DNA of 63,333 nucleotides, counting the filler, from Dimorphilus gyrociliatus (taxonomy: Eukaryota > Animalia > Annelida), in NCBI GenBank assembly GCA_904063045.1. It is 7 parts of 7 records of this genome, joined end to end, with 100 filler letters (N's around TTAATTAATTAA, not from the genome) between each part and the next. Parts side by side here need not be neighbours in the genome. Positions count along the whole stretch, not along the records: positions 1 to 7,458 come from CAJFCJ010000303.1; positions 7,559 to 27,990 come from CAJFCJ010000173.1; 5 more parts are not named here. One strand, given 5' to 3'. Position numbers and translations under genes: made by a program. The notes beneath the pieces were generated by a model. The model was not told the DNA's origin, made no database searches, and saw only the letters and a program-made list of their open reading frames with translations. Positions 1-13,199 of the stretch are shown here, piece after piece (position 1 is the stretch's first letter; the number at the start of each line of letters is the position of its first letter).

Positions 1-1510
1 TTTGCCATTAAACATGTTCCTGTCTTGCAAGAAACAAAACGCTACTTTTTCCCTGTTTTTAACCAAACAGATAAATCTCTAATACTTGCTAATTAAACAT
101 CAGCACACCTATACAACTTTTGATGTAATGTTTTATAATTAATCTTGTTATATAGGATCTTTTTCTGTGCCTCAATTAGAGTACTCAGATCCATCATCTG
201 GTCTTTAAATAGTACTTTGAAATTAAGTAATGTATGATCAGCGCCAGGTTAGTGTGATTGCACTTTTCAACTTCAAGAATAGCAGCTCGTCTAGTGGATT
301 TGGATTAGCGGCTTTCCAACATATTCTTAAGCTAAAAATGCATTTGCTCACTTCTGGCTTCTATACTGACCTGACTTCTATCAAATCTTCCTGTTGGCAA
401 GTAAAGTCTTTCCTTTCATCCAGCTTGAAGATCGATTTTATGTTTGGTTAGAGTTCTTCTAACCTTATTGTACAAGCTAGTATACTCGTCAGGATGAAGT
501 TTAAACAAGCCAATGTAATAGTTGACGAGTAAAATTGCATGCTTATTGATGACTTTAAATAAATTTTGCCACTCAATTTTGTTTGGCATAGCAACTCCAT
601 TAGCCTACACAACTCTTTCCTGATTTTCATCAATGAGTCATTCGTTGTAGCACTGCTGGAGTTTTGAATAATTCCTAGGTATTTATATCCTTTAGAATTC
701 TCTGACAACACAGCTTGGTCTTGACATCCAACCCTGTTTGTTGCTGATTTATCTCGATTCATGTCAAGCTAGAAAGCGGAAAAGAAGAGAATCACTTTCT
801 TTATTAGTAGACGTAACATACTGCCATCACTGCTCATTAACTTTAAATCGTTAATAAGCAGCAAGTGGTTACAAGTGTGGGAAATATCTCCACGATATAT
901 ACAGTCAGCATGGTATATGTTCTGTTAAGTCTACGACTTAATGGATCCATGCATGGAACAAATAGAAGTGGTAAAAGACTATCGCCTTGCAAGATACCGC
1001 TACATACTTGTTTTTCAAAAAGCTTCTCTCTACCATTTCTAATATCCAAACGCCAGTTTGAAATGATAGATTGAAGGAACGCAGTAATCCACTTAGGCAG
1101 ACTAAGCTTGCTTACACCTTCTAATAAATAGTCATGTAGTATTAAGTCTACCCAAGTAGAAAACAGCTTATTGTTATATTGCTTGTTGATAGCAATATCT
1201 AGAAGAACTTGTTCCTTTGTCCCTTAAACCAACAGCAACAGTATCCAGCTGGTTTTCTGTCAATAATCCTCTGCGCTTTATTTCTCCCTGTATAACCTTA
1301 GTTACACATTTTGTAGTGAGCTTGTAAAGGTTTGACTTACAAGTTATTGGCCTAAAATCTGAACCTTTAGTAGGAATATCTTTGGTATCAGATAGGTTAG
1401 ACCCTTGTAAAACCAGTTTTCCTCAGTCTATCCCTCTACAACAATGTTGTAGATTACATTGTAAAATGGATTGTGGGTAAAGTCAACTTCTTGATAAAGA
1501 AGTTGTAGAT
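1..1510 (-). mobile_element. Degenerate non-LTR retrotransposon copy (RLE-clade RT, R2/R4/NeSL-like)
   Basis: ORFs 843..1049 (GILQGDSLLPLLFVPCMDPLSRRLN) and 448..762 (KGYKYLGI) are RT domain/thumb motifs. Many stops and frameshifts. Confidence 0.85.
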
Positions 1511-1559
1511 TTCATCTACACAACTGTACATATTTTATGCTGACTGTAAGTTATGGAGA

Positions 1560-2770
1560 TACTTCTCATACTTGTAACCACCCGCTGTTCATGGACGATT
1601 TAAAGTTGATGAGTAGCGACAGCAGTACGTTATGTCTTCTGATAAAAGAAGTAACTCTTTTCTTTTCCACTGTCGGGCTTGATACAAATTGAGATAAGTC
1701 AGTGACAAACTGAGTTGGATGTCAAGATCAGGCTGTGTCATTAGACAATTTCAAAGGGTATAAATACCTAGGCATAATTGAAAATTTAAGCAATGTTCCA
1801 ACTAAAAAGTCATTGATAAAAATCAAGAAGGAGCTGTGTAGGCTAGTGGAGTTGCTATGCCAAACAAAATTGAGTGGCAAAAATTTATTTATAGCCAGCA
1901 ATGAACATGCAATTTCACTCATTAACTATTACATCGACGTACTTAAACTTGATCCTGAAGAGTGTCTAGGTTAGACAACGAAATTAGAAAAATTCTGATT
2001 AAATATAAAATTCATCTCTAAGCTGGATGCAAGAACTAACTTTACTTGTCATGAAAGCAATTGGGTAAAGCTCTGACCAGTATAAAAGCCAAAAGTAAGC
2101 AAATGTTTTTTCAACTTAAGGATACATTAAAAAACTGCAAATCTAGATCTACTAGACAAGCTGCTACTTTTAAAATTGAAAAATGCAAATACACTCACCT
2201 GGCGCTGAACAGACCCTACTTGGTTTCAAAGTACCATTTGGAAGACCAAACAATGAATCTGAGTACCCTAATTAAGGTACGGAAAAAAATCCTATACAAC
2301 TTTATCAATAATAAATCATTACATCAAAGATTGTATAGCTGTGCTGATAATCAATTAGCAAGTATTAAAGACTTGTCTGTTTGATTGAAAAATGGGAATA
2401 ACTTGGCAAAAAAAAGGAACACTTTGTTCAATGAAAACATTGTTAAATGTCCCAATTACAAAGTAGAATTGCACACAGTTGATCATCTAGCAACTAAAGA
2501 TAATCGTATACTTTTATACGACTATTCTTGATGACACAATTAAGTGTTTAGTTGTATTTATCTACTCATGTGTTTAACGTATAGTCTAAAGTTATCCAAG
2601 AAGATTAGGAATAACTCTGTGCAGGTATCTTGGCCGATATCAAAGCTGAAAATAAAGTGGATACTCAAATTGAGACAAGTGTCATGATCAAGCACATCAA
2701 ACCCGATCTTTTCATTTTAAAAAAAAACGAAGTTTGTTAGGAGACTTTAGTCCACGTAATTTGATAATAT
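1560..2770 (+). mobile_element. Degenerate non-LTR retrotransposon copy: RT 3' part, thumb, CCHC and restriction-like endonuclease
   Basis: NHPLFMDDLKL near 1580, GYKYLGI (ORF 1735..1974), KCP..TVDHLAT near 2450-2500, KPDLF near 2700. Confidence 0.8.
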
Positions 2771-2779
2771 TAATTGAAT

Positions 2780-4505
2780 GATTATTAAATATAATCAAAC
2801 TATTGAAGACTTGGGTTGGGTGAATAAATCAGAAAAACTTTCTTCCGATAGCCTCAAGTCTGTTCAGACATGTATGAGGAAACTCAATTTAAAGTTGATA
2901 GTATTGAAACATATTTTTGAGGCAGTTTGTAGGTTGAGTGAGAATGTTCTGATTTATCAGAGGAAGCTGAGTAGTTACCAAATCAAATTATGTTATCGCA
3001 AGTAAAACTCTACTTTTGTGTTTGTTTAGAAAGAAATTCTATAGAGAGCTCACTCCTAATAATGACCAAAGCCTTCACAAAGGTTTTTCTGGGAGATGAG
3101 TCAATTTTTGTCAACAACATGAATAAGAAAGACTCTTTCAACAACACTTGCTATAAAGGCTATCTCTTAGAGTACATTTTAGATGAGATAGAAGTTTCCT
3201 TTTTATCTGAATCAGAATTTGAAGAAATTCTAGAATATATTCCGAACAGGAAGGCGGCCTTTGTAGATACAGTATACTTTGTAGAAGCAGTATAAGAACG
3301 AGCTATTTTTGACCTGGGTAGACGTCAAAAAAGCATTTGATTCAATACCACATGATTATTTTTGAATTGTGTGAGTAAGAATAGTCTGCCTAAGCATATT
3401 ACTTTGTTCCTTCAATTTATCATTTCCAACCGGTGTTTGGATATTAAAATCATAGAGAGAAGCTTCTTGAAAAGCAGGTATGTAGAGATATCTTGCAATG
3501 CAATAGCCTTTTACCACTTTTATTTGTTCTGTGCTTGATCTGTTAAGTCGTAGACTTAACAGTACATATCCCATGACTTCAGTAGATTGTGGAGATATTT
3601 CTCAAACCTGTAATCACTTGCTGTATATTGACAATTTAAAGTTGATGCGCAGCGATGGCAGTTCGTTGCGTCTTTTGATAAAAAAGGTAAATCTCTTCTT
3701 TTATCCTGTCGGACTTGACATGAATTGAGTTAAGTCTGGGACTAACTAGATCAGATGTCAAACCAGGCAGTATTGTTAGAAAATTCCAACGGGTATAAAT
3801 ACTTACTTAGGAATCATTGAAAACTCCAGCAGTGTTTTAATTAGAGAGTCATTGATAAACATCAATAAAGAGCTATGTAGAAGAATGGGGTTGTCATCTC
3901 TAACAAAATTGAGTACCAAAAACCTTTTTAAAGCAAACAATGAATATGCAATTTTACTCGTTAATTACTACATTGGCGTACTTAAACTTGATCCCCACGA
4001 GTATACTAGCTTCGACAATGAAAATAAATAAATTCTAACTAAACATAAAATTCATCTTCAAGCAGGATGCAAAAAAAGACATTACTTGCCAAGAAGAAAA
4101 TTAGGTGGTGGTCTGGTCAGTATTTAAACCCCGAAGTGCGCAGATGCTTCTTCAACTTAAGGATACGTTGGAAGCTGCAAATCTAGATCTACTAGACGAA
4201 CTGCTATCTTTAAAGTTGAAGAATGAAACCACACTCACCTAGCTCTGAGCGGACACTATTTAATTCCAATGTATCATTTAGACGAACAGACTATAGATCT
4301 GTGTACTCTAATTGAGGCACAAAAAACAATCCTATACAACAAGATTAATAGTAAAACATTATATCAGAAGTTGTATAGGTGTGATGATAATTAATTAGCA
4401 AGTATTAAAGACTTATCTATTTGGTTAAAAAATAAAAATAACTTGACACGGGAAGAGTAAGCACTTTGTCTTTTGCAAGTCAGATACATGTTCAATGAGA
4501 ACATT
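2780..4505 (+). mobile_element. Degenerate, internally deleted non-LTR retrotransposon copy of the same family
   Basis: N-terminal ORF region, then WVDVKKAFDSIPHDY near 3315-3360, NHLLYIDNLKL (ORF 3531..3728), and a thumb similar to 1735-2400. Confidence 0.8.
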
Positions 4506-5049
4506 TATAAATGACAATATTGCAAAGAAGCCAAAATCATCCGGTGGCTCAAGAACCTGTTTGGCCACCACATCCTAAGAACTACCAGGGCCCCTTAGTG
4601 GGTGAGGAGTTGTGTCAGTCATTTCTGGACATCTCCTCCAGAATCCAAATTATTGGATTTTACAAGATTCTCAGATTCACCGGGCAAGGCCCCAGAAACA
4701 TGACACAGTACCTCTCCCTCTCTTTCCTTATCTTATCTAATGATGAGTCAATGTAGAATGACTAACGACAGGTTTTGGACAATTAAAAAAAGTTTATGAA
4801 TATGTCGAAAAAAAATGGATGACTTCTTACAAAATCTTATAGTAAAGAATTTTCCAAAAACGACACAATTCTTACCTAAAAAAATTTTTTATGTCAAGAA
4901 AATTGTTTTAAATAATGACGTATTTTATCGATAAAAATCTAGCAACCCTGGTTTTGCTTATCTATCCCTGACCTAAAAATTTCTTTATTTTGAGCTCATG
5001 ACATTTTTAAGTTACAAATTTATATTTCTAGTGGAGAAGGTTAAAGATT

Positions 5050-5900
5050 CTTACTGAAATGCATTTAAATTCTTGAAAACAAACGAGCTCCTACACCTAC
5101 AGGTGACAAACAAAGAAACCGGGCAGTACCTCTTTCCTAGAGAGCTCTAAGTCTGTCTTCCTTAATCTCATTAATGGATGAGATTAAGGAAAGATGGCTT
5201 AAAACAGCCTTTGAAGCAGTGAAAGAGAGGTTTAGACGCATGCCGAGGGGTGTTTAAAAACTTCTCACAAAAACATTTTGTGAGAAATTTTGCAAAAACG
5301 TTCCATAATCATATCTGAAAAAATTTTAAAGTTTGAAAATTTATCAAATAATGACTTACTGTCTAGGAGATCAAAGACTGTTAAATCAAACATTACCAGT
5401 CTATTTCTGAGTAAGAAGTAGCTTTATGTAAAAGTTAAAAGCCTTCTCAAATTTAGAATTGAGGAGCTTAAATTGGTTGACATACAGCGGGTTGAACAAA
5501 CTTAAAGGATTCCATCTGAAAAGGTAGACAGTTAATTGCTTAATTTTTACAATTAAATATTTGAGAATGTTGTTTCAGTTAATAAGCCTAATTACATGAA
5601 GGAAATTGCTCGGTATTTCCAAGCCTCTCAGATCTGTTATAAAGAGCTGAGGTCTGTTAGGAGATTCAGGTTTATCTAATTTAATTATATTAATCAAAGA
5701 TTAGAATGTGTATTCAAATAACTAAAGACTTGGGTGGAATGAGTAAATCGGAAAAACTTTCTTCTAATAACCTCAAGTCTGTCTAGAGATGTATAAGGGA
5801 ACTTAATTTAAAGTTGGGAGTATCAAAACATGTTTCTGAGGCAGTTTGTAGATTAAGTGATAAAGTCTTGATTTAACAGAGGAATCTAGATACTTATCAA
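5050..5900 (+). mobile_element. Probable 5' region and N-terminal ORF of the same non-LTR family
   Basis: 5720-5900 is a clear paralog of 2790-2990. Upstream part contains two perfect hairpins. Confidence 0.5.
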
Positions 5901-6830
5901 GCCAGGTTAAATTATCACACCTATACAACCTTTGATGTAATGTTTAAATATTAATCTTATTGTAGAGGATTTTTTTCTGTAAGTATGGGATAAGTAAGAT
6001 CCATGAACAAAACAAATAGAAATGATAAAAGGCAATTGCCTTGCAAGATACTTTTACATACCTGTTTTACAAGGAGCTTCTCTCTACCATTTCTAATATC
6101 CAAACGCCAGTTAAAAATGATAGATTGAAGAAATGCAATAATCACTTAGGTAGACTAAGCTTGCTTACACAATCTAATAAATAGTCATGTGATATCAAGT
6201 CAAATGCTTTTTTGACGTCTACTCAAGTAAAAAACAGCTTATTTTTATATTGCTTGTTGATGACAATATTAAGAAGAACTTGTTCCTTTGCCCCTTGCAC
6301 CATCCAAACAGTACCTAACTGATTTTCTGTCAATAGTTTCCTGCATTCAACTTTTTCCAGTATAACTTTAGTCACACATTTTGTAGTCAGCTTATAGAGG
6401 TTTGACACACAAGTTATTGGCCTAAAATCTGTACCTTGGGTAAGAGTACCTTTACGTATCAGATAGATTAGGCCCTTGTAAAACCAATTCTCTTCGTTCT
6501 GTCCCTCAACAACAATGTTGTAGTTTACATTGTAAAGCGGTTTCTGCAGTAAAGTCAACTTCTTAATAAAGAAGTTGTAGATTCCATATACACCGGCCGC
6601 CTTCCAGTTCAGAATATATCCTAGAATTCTTTCAAATTTGATTTCAGATGAAGAGGAGACTTCTATTTCATCGGAGATATACTCCAAGAGATAGCCTTTA
6701 TAGCAAGGTTTGTTGGAAGAGTCTTTTTTATTACACATTGTGGACCAAAATTGACTCAATTCCTCAGTAGAAACCCTGCGAGGGCTTTGGTCATTATTAG
6801 GAGTCACCTCTTTATAAAATTTCTTCCTAA
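5900..6830 (-). mobile_element. Non-LTR retrotransposon RT fragment
   Basis: ORF 6223..6807 contains NWKAAGVYGIYNFFIKKL, DFRPITCVSNLYKLTTK and ENQLGTV. ORF 5957..6145 contains the ILQG motif. Confidence 0.85.
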
Positions 6831-7194
6831 AAAGCTCAAAGGTGGATAAAAATGGTCTTGATACCTAGCAATCTCCTTCATGTTTTTTGGTGAGTTACTC
6901 ATAGCCACATCCCATAATTAATAAAATCAAGTAATCGACTCTATACTTTCCCAGATGGAATCTTTGAAGTTTTTAACTAAGTGTATTATATTAAATTATC
7001 AAATAAAAAAAATGAATTTTTCATCAAGTCAAAAGTTTCTCAAAAACTTAGAAAACATATGATAGTTTATCAAAGATAACAATTTAAAATAAAATTAAAA
7101 ATTATGATTCGGTAGACTAAAGTAATTTATTTAATTGATTTAAAATTTTTTCTACAGTCTTTCAAATATTCAGATTGACTTCTTTAGTAATTCA

Positions 7195-7458
7195 TTGAAA
7201 TAATATAAAGAGTCATTTTAAGAACTTTTGAGCAAATATACCTCTCGACTTTAAGTAGAATCTCAAAGTCATTTCAGTGATTATTGTGATAACAGTCACT
7301 ACCCCACTCCACGTCATAATGTACAGAATCACATTTACACCACACTTGAAAATTATTGAAAGCTCATTCTCAAGTGAGTCATATTTTCTGAGCTTTCCAG
7401 TTTCTACAAGCTGCAATTGATTTTGGTCAGTAATACCTACTTTGTCTAAGTGATTCTC
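7195..7458 (-). mobile_element. C-terminal RLE endonuclease fragment of the non-LTR family
   Basis: ORF 7213..7416 (VETGKLRKYDSLENELSIIFKC..ILYIMTWSGVVT) resembles the E-K..KY end of RLE domains. Confidence 0.7.
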
Positions 7459-7558
7459 NNNNNNNNNNNNNNNNNNNNNNNNNNNNNNNNNNNNNNNNNN
7501 NNTTAATTAATTAANNNNNNNNNNNNNNNNNNNNNNNNNNNNNNNNNNNNNNNNNNNN
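7459..7558. other. Artificial contig spacer 1
   Basis: 44 N + TTAATTAATTAA (stops in all six frames) + 44 N. Confidence 0.99.
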
Positions 7559-8220
7559 TTAAGGCTGCTTGGGACCGCCCTCAAAGAACTATTCTCAAGT
7601 TGTATGATGGAAGCAAGGAGTGTTCAAAATTCAAAAAAGACTTTAATCAGGCATGTTATGCTTATGGTTGGATAGGAGAAGATGTTGTGAAAGCAAATCT
7701 TTTAGATTATTTAACTGGTCCTGCAAAGGATTTGGTGTTGGCTCTGGATGGAGAGCCTACTGTGGAGGAAATATGGAAAAGCCCTCCATGACGAATTTGA
7801 TCGGATCCTTTGGAGTATCAAGAGAAATTGCTTAACTTAAAGCAAATGAATGGCGAAAGTGTGGTTCAGTTTGTTAATAGAGCAAAGAAATTGATAAAGA
7901 GGTTTTCTCCCACCTAGACCAATGGAACCACAATTGCTTGCAACTATTGAAAGAAATAAAACTGATGGAAGTTTTACAAAGAGGATTTACAACAGGATAT
8001 TCTACATTTAGTGTACACCTTACATCCTAAATGTCAAACATTGGGAGAACTATATGAGGCTGCTAAGCAAGCAGAAACTTCATTAAAACTAACTCAAAGA
8101 AAACTGATCACAATGGTGTCAAAATTGGAAACTCACAAAGAAAAGAGACCAAAAAGACCCAGTAATCAGAAAAGATGCTTCTACAGAAACCCCCAAATTT
8201 TGGAATAGAAAGCATGTACC
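7559..8220 (+). pseudogene. Gypsy A gag (middle and C-terminal part, frameshifted)
   Basis: 7559-7903 is the same sequence as 54914-55259, which follows an LTR, PBS and gag ATG. Confidence 0.8.
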
Positions 8221-8380
8221 TGACAACAAAAATGGTACTAAAGAAAAGTTTTCAAGCCAAAAAGTCCAAAAAGTATGCACCAACTACAACAAATAGGTAT
8301 TATAAGAAAAATCAACCAGCAAAGACGATACTGAAAGAGAACCTAAGCTACAAAAATTAGAAACATTAGACAATGAAAGC

Positions 8381-8896
8381 ATGTCAGAAAGCGACAAAGT
8401 TCAAGATATTCTCTGTTTTTCAGATAGTGACAAATCCACTTGTCAGCTGTTACAAAGCAAACAATCTGAGCGAAATGCTTCAACATTTATTGGACAATTT
8501 GAAACTAATACTGGTTTTAAGTTTGATGCCTTGATAGACTCTGGTAGTGATAGATCTTTCATTTCAAAAAAGGTATTAAGACAAGTTCAAGGAAAAGGCA
8601 TCCTTCCAGAACAAACTGTGAAAAATGCTAGAGATGCTTCAGGAAATAGCATCAAGATATGTGGAGAAATCATTCTCAGACTTTATTTTAATGGAAAGAT
8701 TATTAAACAATGCTTTCTGATCAACAAAATCATTACACAACAATGTATTATTGGGTGTGACTTTCTACAACAAAATGGAGCTACCCTTGACTTTGGCAAG
8801 AGACAGATTATACTCCAGCCAGGTACAGAAAAGAATTACCCTGTGGAACACAACACTTATCTTTCAAAGGATTTTACCCAGTTCCTCTTATTATGA
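8381..8896 (+). CDS. Gypsy A aspartic protease region
   Basis: ALIDSGSDRSFIS catalytic motif and IIGCDFLQ flap-distal motif. Confidence 0.85.
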   Translation: MSESDKVQDILCFSDSDKSTCQLLQSKQSERNASTFIGQFETNTGFKFDALIDSGSDRSFISKKVLRQVQGKGILPEQTVKNARDASGNSIKICGEIILRLYFNGKIIKQCFLINKIITQQCIIGCDFLQQNGATLDFGKRQIILQPGTEKNYPVEHNTYLSKDFTQFLLL

Positions 8897-9079
8897 AAAA
8901 GAATGAGAGTCAAATACATACCCTTCAGACAACAATTGAACAAGAAAATCCCGAGATAAAGGACAAAGTTACCCAAATTTTGGTGAAATATAAAGAAACT
9001 ATTGCAGAAGACAGATTTGATATTGGCAATCCAGAGTACCACCCTTGGAAATAACTCTTGAACCAGGTTCAACCAACAT

Positions 9080-10500
9080 ATAGACAAAGGCCATATAGAA
9101 TGCCTCCTCAAAAACAGGAAGAATGTAAGCAACAGATAGCTGAATTGGTAAAAAGCAAAGTTATTCAACCAAGCAAGAGCAATTGGGCTTCACCAATTGT
9201 TTTCGTAAGAAAGAAAGGAAGGTAGTCTACAAATGTGTGTAGATTATAGAAACTAAACAAAATGACAGTTAAAAACAAGTATCCACTGCCAAATCAAGAT
9301 GATCTTTTTGACCATTTGGGAGGAGGAAATAAATTCTTTTCTACAATGGATTTGACAAGTGCATACCACCACATTAACATCAAGAAAGAAGATAGGTCTA
9401 AAACAGCATTTATTTACACCTTTTGGCTTGTTTGAATTTATTAAGATGCCTTTTGGATTAATGAATGCCCCTCCTCATTTTAGTTATGTAATGAATTCAT
9501 TTGTGCTAAAGGATGTAAAGCATTTGTGCCTAAACTACCTTGATGACATAATAATATTTACCAAGTCGCTGGACCAACATTGGGAAGCATTGGGAGACCA
9601 TTCTTCAACAGATTCAAAAATACAATTTTAAGATTAAACTAAGTAAATGTGTGTTTTTGAAAGAACAAGTTCAATTCTTGGGACACATTGTCCAAAAAAA
9701 AAAATTTTATCAGAAAAGGGGATTGAAACAGATAAGTCCAAGACAGATAAATTATATAATTTACAGCCACCAGTGTTTGCAAATTCACTACTAAGCTTTG
9801 TTGCATTTTGTGGCTATTACAGAAAATTTATACAAGATTTTGCAAGAGTAGCTAAACCTCTGTATATGTTAATGAAACTACATGGGAAAAAGGATAAATT
9901 GCAATGGACTGAGGAAGCCAAGCAATCATTTTTCAAGTTGAGAGATGCAGTAGTTAACCCTCCTGTATTACAACTACCTGATTTTGCTAAAGATTTTCAC
10001 TTAACAACAGATGCATCAAATGTAGCTGTAGGAGGAGTTCTTGAACAAGTTTATGTAGATGAGAATGGGAAGAAAACAATGAAAACCCATTGCCTATGCT
10101 TCAAAACAACAATTCAACAATAATCAAATGAAATATGCAGCCTATCAAAAGGAAGCATTTGGTGTTTACTGGGTTGTAAAGAAATTTTTACATTACCTTC
10201 AAGACAAGCCATTCTTTTTATATACTGACCATCAGAGTCTAGTACAAACATTTAAGCAAACAAATTGAATGTCAGCACAGCAAAATGGGTCATGGCTTTA
10301 ATGGATTTAAAATTTACAATTAACTATGTGACAGGACGAAAAAATAGAGCAGATGCATTAACAAGATTAGAAGAATATACACCCCCAAGGAAAGTAACAT
10401 TTGAAGAGCTAATTCATGGAAGAATCAAAGAGGAGAATTCTCCCTCTATTTCAGTTAAAATGGAACAGTATGAACATACACCAGAGTTAACTTTGTAGCT
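9080..10500 (+). pseudogene. Gypsy A reverse transcriptase and RNase H (frameshifted)
   Basis: RPYRMP, WASPIVFV, KMPFGLMNAP, NYLDDIIIF, AFCGYYRKF, LTTDASNVAVGGVL, LYTDHQSL, GRKNRADAL. Confidence 0.9.
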
Positions 10501-11217
10501 ACCAGTGATAACAGTGAAGAGAAAATTGATTTGTCTTCTGTTGACTTACAGTCAGAAGCAAGAAAAAGATGTGAATTTAAAATCAATTAAAGAATATTTA
10601 ACACTGATGGTCAGCTACCTATTCCTTATTTTGGAACTTTTACACCTTTTGATAATGGAGATGTTTGTTCACAAGGAAATGATCTGGATTATCCTTGAAG
10701 AAAGAAACATTCTGGTTTTACCTGACCAGTTGGAAGCACTGACAAAACCCCACATGAAATATTATTTGGATTGAAGAATAGAAATGTCTTAGATCTATTA
10801 ATGGAAGTTCAATATTAGAACCAACAACAAAATTCTTATTTGATAGAAAACATGAACTTGAAGAAATTAGAGCAACAGCACTTTGTAAATCTGTTCTAAC
10901 AAAGAAGAAATATAGAGATAGAGTTAATAAAGCTATTACAAGAAAACCACCAACTTACAAAATTGGTGATAGGGTACACATAAGAAATGAAAACATTGGT
11001 CAAGGAATGAACAGAATAAATACAAGCAAATGGAGTGGACCATACCTTGTACTGCTACTGATACTACAAAATGTTTGTATGAATTACAAATATTGGCAGA
11101 TAAAAGAAAATTCTATCATGATAGTAGACTAAGACTAGCTAACAAACAACCTATAACAGTTAAACACAGTGACAGTAAGGAACCAACAAACAAATGGTGG
11201 AATACTTCCTATCAGAG

Positions 11218-11334
11218 TGTACAACTTTGGTTATATTTTACATGCTTGAACTCTATTATTTTATGCAACTTATACATGTACATCTTAAAACCTACGCAAG
11301 AAAATGCTATAATATTGGCCAAACATAAGTCTGA
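11218..11334 (+). repeat. 117-bp 5' fragment of LTR-A
   Basis: Begins TGTACAACTTTGG and matches 53970 onward up to AAACATAAGTCTGA. Confidence 0.85.
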
Positions 11335-11339
11335 AACAT

Positions 11340-12125
11340 AATATAACTAAAGACCCCTACCATAAATTCCCACTGGAAATGAGAGAAGCTGCCCAAACAG
11401 CTACCTTACTACATGGTATTGATTCAAATTTTAAGAATTTAAAAAAATTTACCCAACAGCTGTCAAGTCTTCTCTGCTTTTCCAAGTGGAACCAGTTACT
11501 CATGTGTTACAGCAAGTCAATTTGGAAGAGATTACCTATAATGAGTGTAGGTCTAACCAGTTATTCTACAAAACAACTCACAATCAATTAAATCCTATAA
11601 GAAACCAACTGATGAAAGACAAAACATATGTGTATTATTCAGAAAGAGGATGCAGATTTCACCACTGTGTCTGCAAAATCCATTCAGTTAAATATCCACA
11701 ATCACCTTTTCTGAACCAAAAATTGAAATTGCCTGATTAGCGACCTACTCCACCATGGGGTAAAGAAGGATATTAGAACTGATCTTACAAATTCCAGTTA
11801 TGCTGACAATAAAATAACAGAGGATACAAACTACAAGATCATTTCAAATAAAGAAGCTAATAGTATGGAGAAATATATTGGAAAGAAAACATCACTAAGA
11901 AAGGCCAATGTCACAGAAATACAAGATATTTTAACATATAATGATTGGTATAGAGATGGTGACAAAACCTAGCATATGCTGTTAAGAAATCATGCAACAC
12001 CATTAGTGAGGACTTGGTTTGTCAAAGAAATTATTTCTCCAGACATCTGGGATATTAACAACAAATACAAATATACACTTTTACAAAGAAAACCAATAAA
12101 TCACAATGAAAGAGGAAACAATTAA
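11340..12125 (+). pseudogene. env-like ORF3 fragment 1
   Basis: Near-open Cys-containing frames directly after the IN C-terminus. KTYVYYSERGCRF is paralogous to KTFIYYTRKGCRF in ORF 13507..13920. Confidence 0.5.
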
Positions 12126-12149
12126 AAAGCATAGAAATTCCAGAATCAC

Positions 12150-12620
12150 ACTGTACTTTGTTGTATTGTAATTGTAGGAAGTCCTAGCTCGTCACTATCA
12201 AATTCGTCCTCTCCAATCATTTACCAATGTGCCAAAGTACTGGTCCAAATAGAACCTTTCAAGTTTGTCCACAAGTAGTCTTAATAAATGTAATTCCAGT
12301 AAAGATTAACCAACAAACACCAGTATTTCATTCAAAGAATATGTATTTGAGTAAATGAGTTTCTAGTTCTAAACAAGCAAGTTTGAACAACCAGCTGATG
12401 GTTAGAAAACTGAACTGACTACTGTTAAATTCGTAGGGTTTATATACTTTTCCAATAGTTCACAGTTCACGGATAAAAATATTCACACAAACAAATGTAA
12501 CAATTTGGATAAAGGGAAAGTTCAAATATACTTCCATGTTTGTTACTTTTTCTTATCTTGGAGAACTTTTGCTCCCTATTTTAGTAGGTCAGAAAGTTGC
12601 CTAAGATGTAACAATTATTA
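12150..12620 (-). mobile_element. Gypsy family B LTR/leader plus gag N-terminus fragment
   Basis: Homologous to 24700-25035 and 53200-53700. Encodes GEDEFDSDELGLPTITIQQ. Confidence 0.6.
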
Positions 12621-13199
12621 ATAGAAGTTGGATTGATTCCAAAACACAAAAATAGGAAAAGGTCAACTTGATGCTGTTTTAATATACAACAAATTATTAA
12701 TAATAATTGTTTGTGTAAGATAATATGTTTCTGTGTAAAGGACTGGTAGGATAAAAGTATTAAACTTAATCATCCAATATAGTATTGTGCATACAATACT
12801 GTTGAAAAGTGACAATAATCTAAAAGCTCCAAATATAAATAGAATAGTGGAAGATATAATTAATATTCATTAAATATGATGTGTATAATAATTAGGGTTA
12901 ACATCTAAGTTGTAAAATACTTTTACAACTTAGTTTAAATAGTGTATGTTGTAGTTTTAGGTGTGTAGAGTACTCTATAATACTCTTTCAATATTGCTTT
13001 CCATTGATGAATGAAATGTAACAATTTGGGTGTATTGTGTGAATTTGCGAGCCTGGTTACAAGCTTATGTGTTTAGTACCTACAAACTGCCTAAATGTGT
13101 ACACACACCAAATAAATATAAAAAGATGCTATAATAACAGCTGCACTGTTAAACAATATTGACAAAAATTTTCAAAACTTTCCAACAGTTTTTAAACAA

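Noticed and set aside
4511-4756. 81-aa ORF in a GC-richer patch as a gene
   Set aside because: No motif or start signal, and it abuts a retroelement fragment. More likely untranslated element sequence.
7503-7514. TTAATTAATTAA as a biological motif
   Set aside because: Identical in all six gaps, centred in 44+44 N, and gives stops in six frames: an assembly linker.
12905-12933. Perfect 13-bp hairpin as a Helitron 3' end or terminator
   Set aside because: No CTRR terminus follows, the context is eukaryotic, and no second copy was seen in the window.
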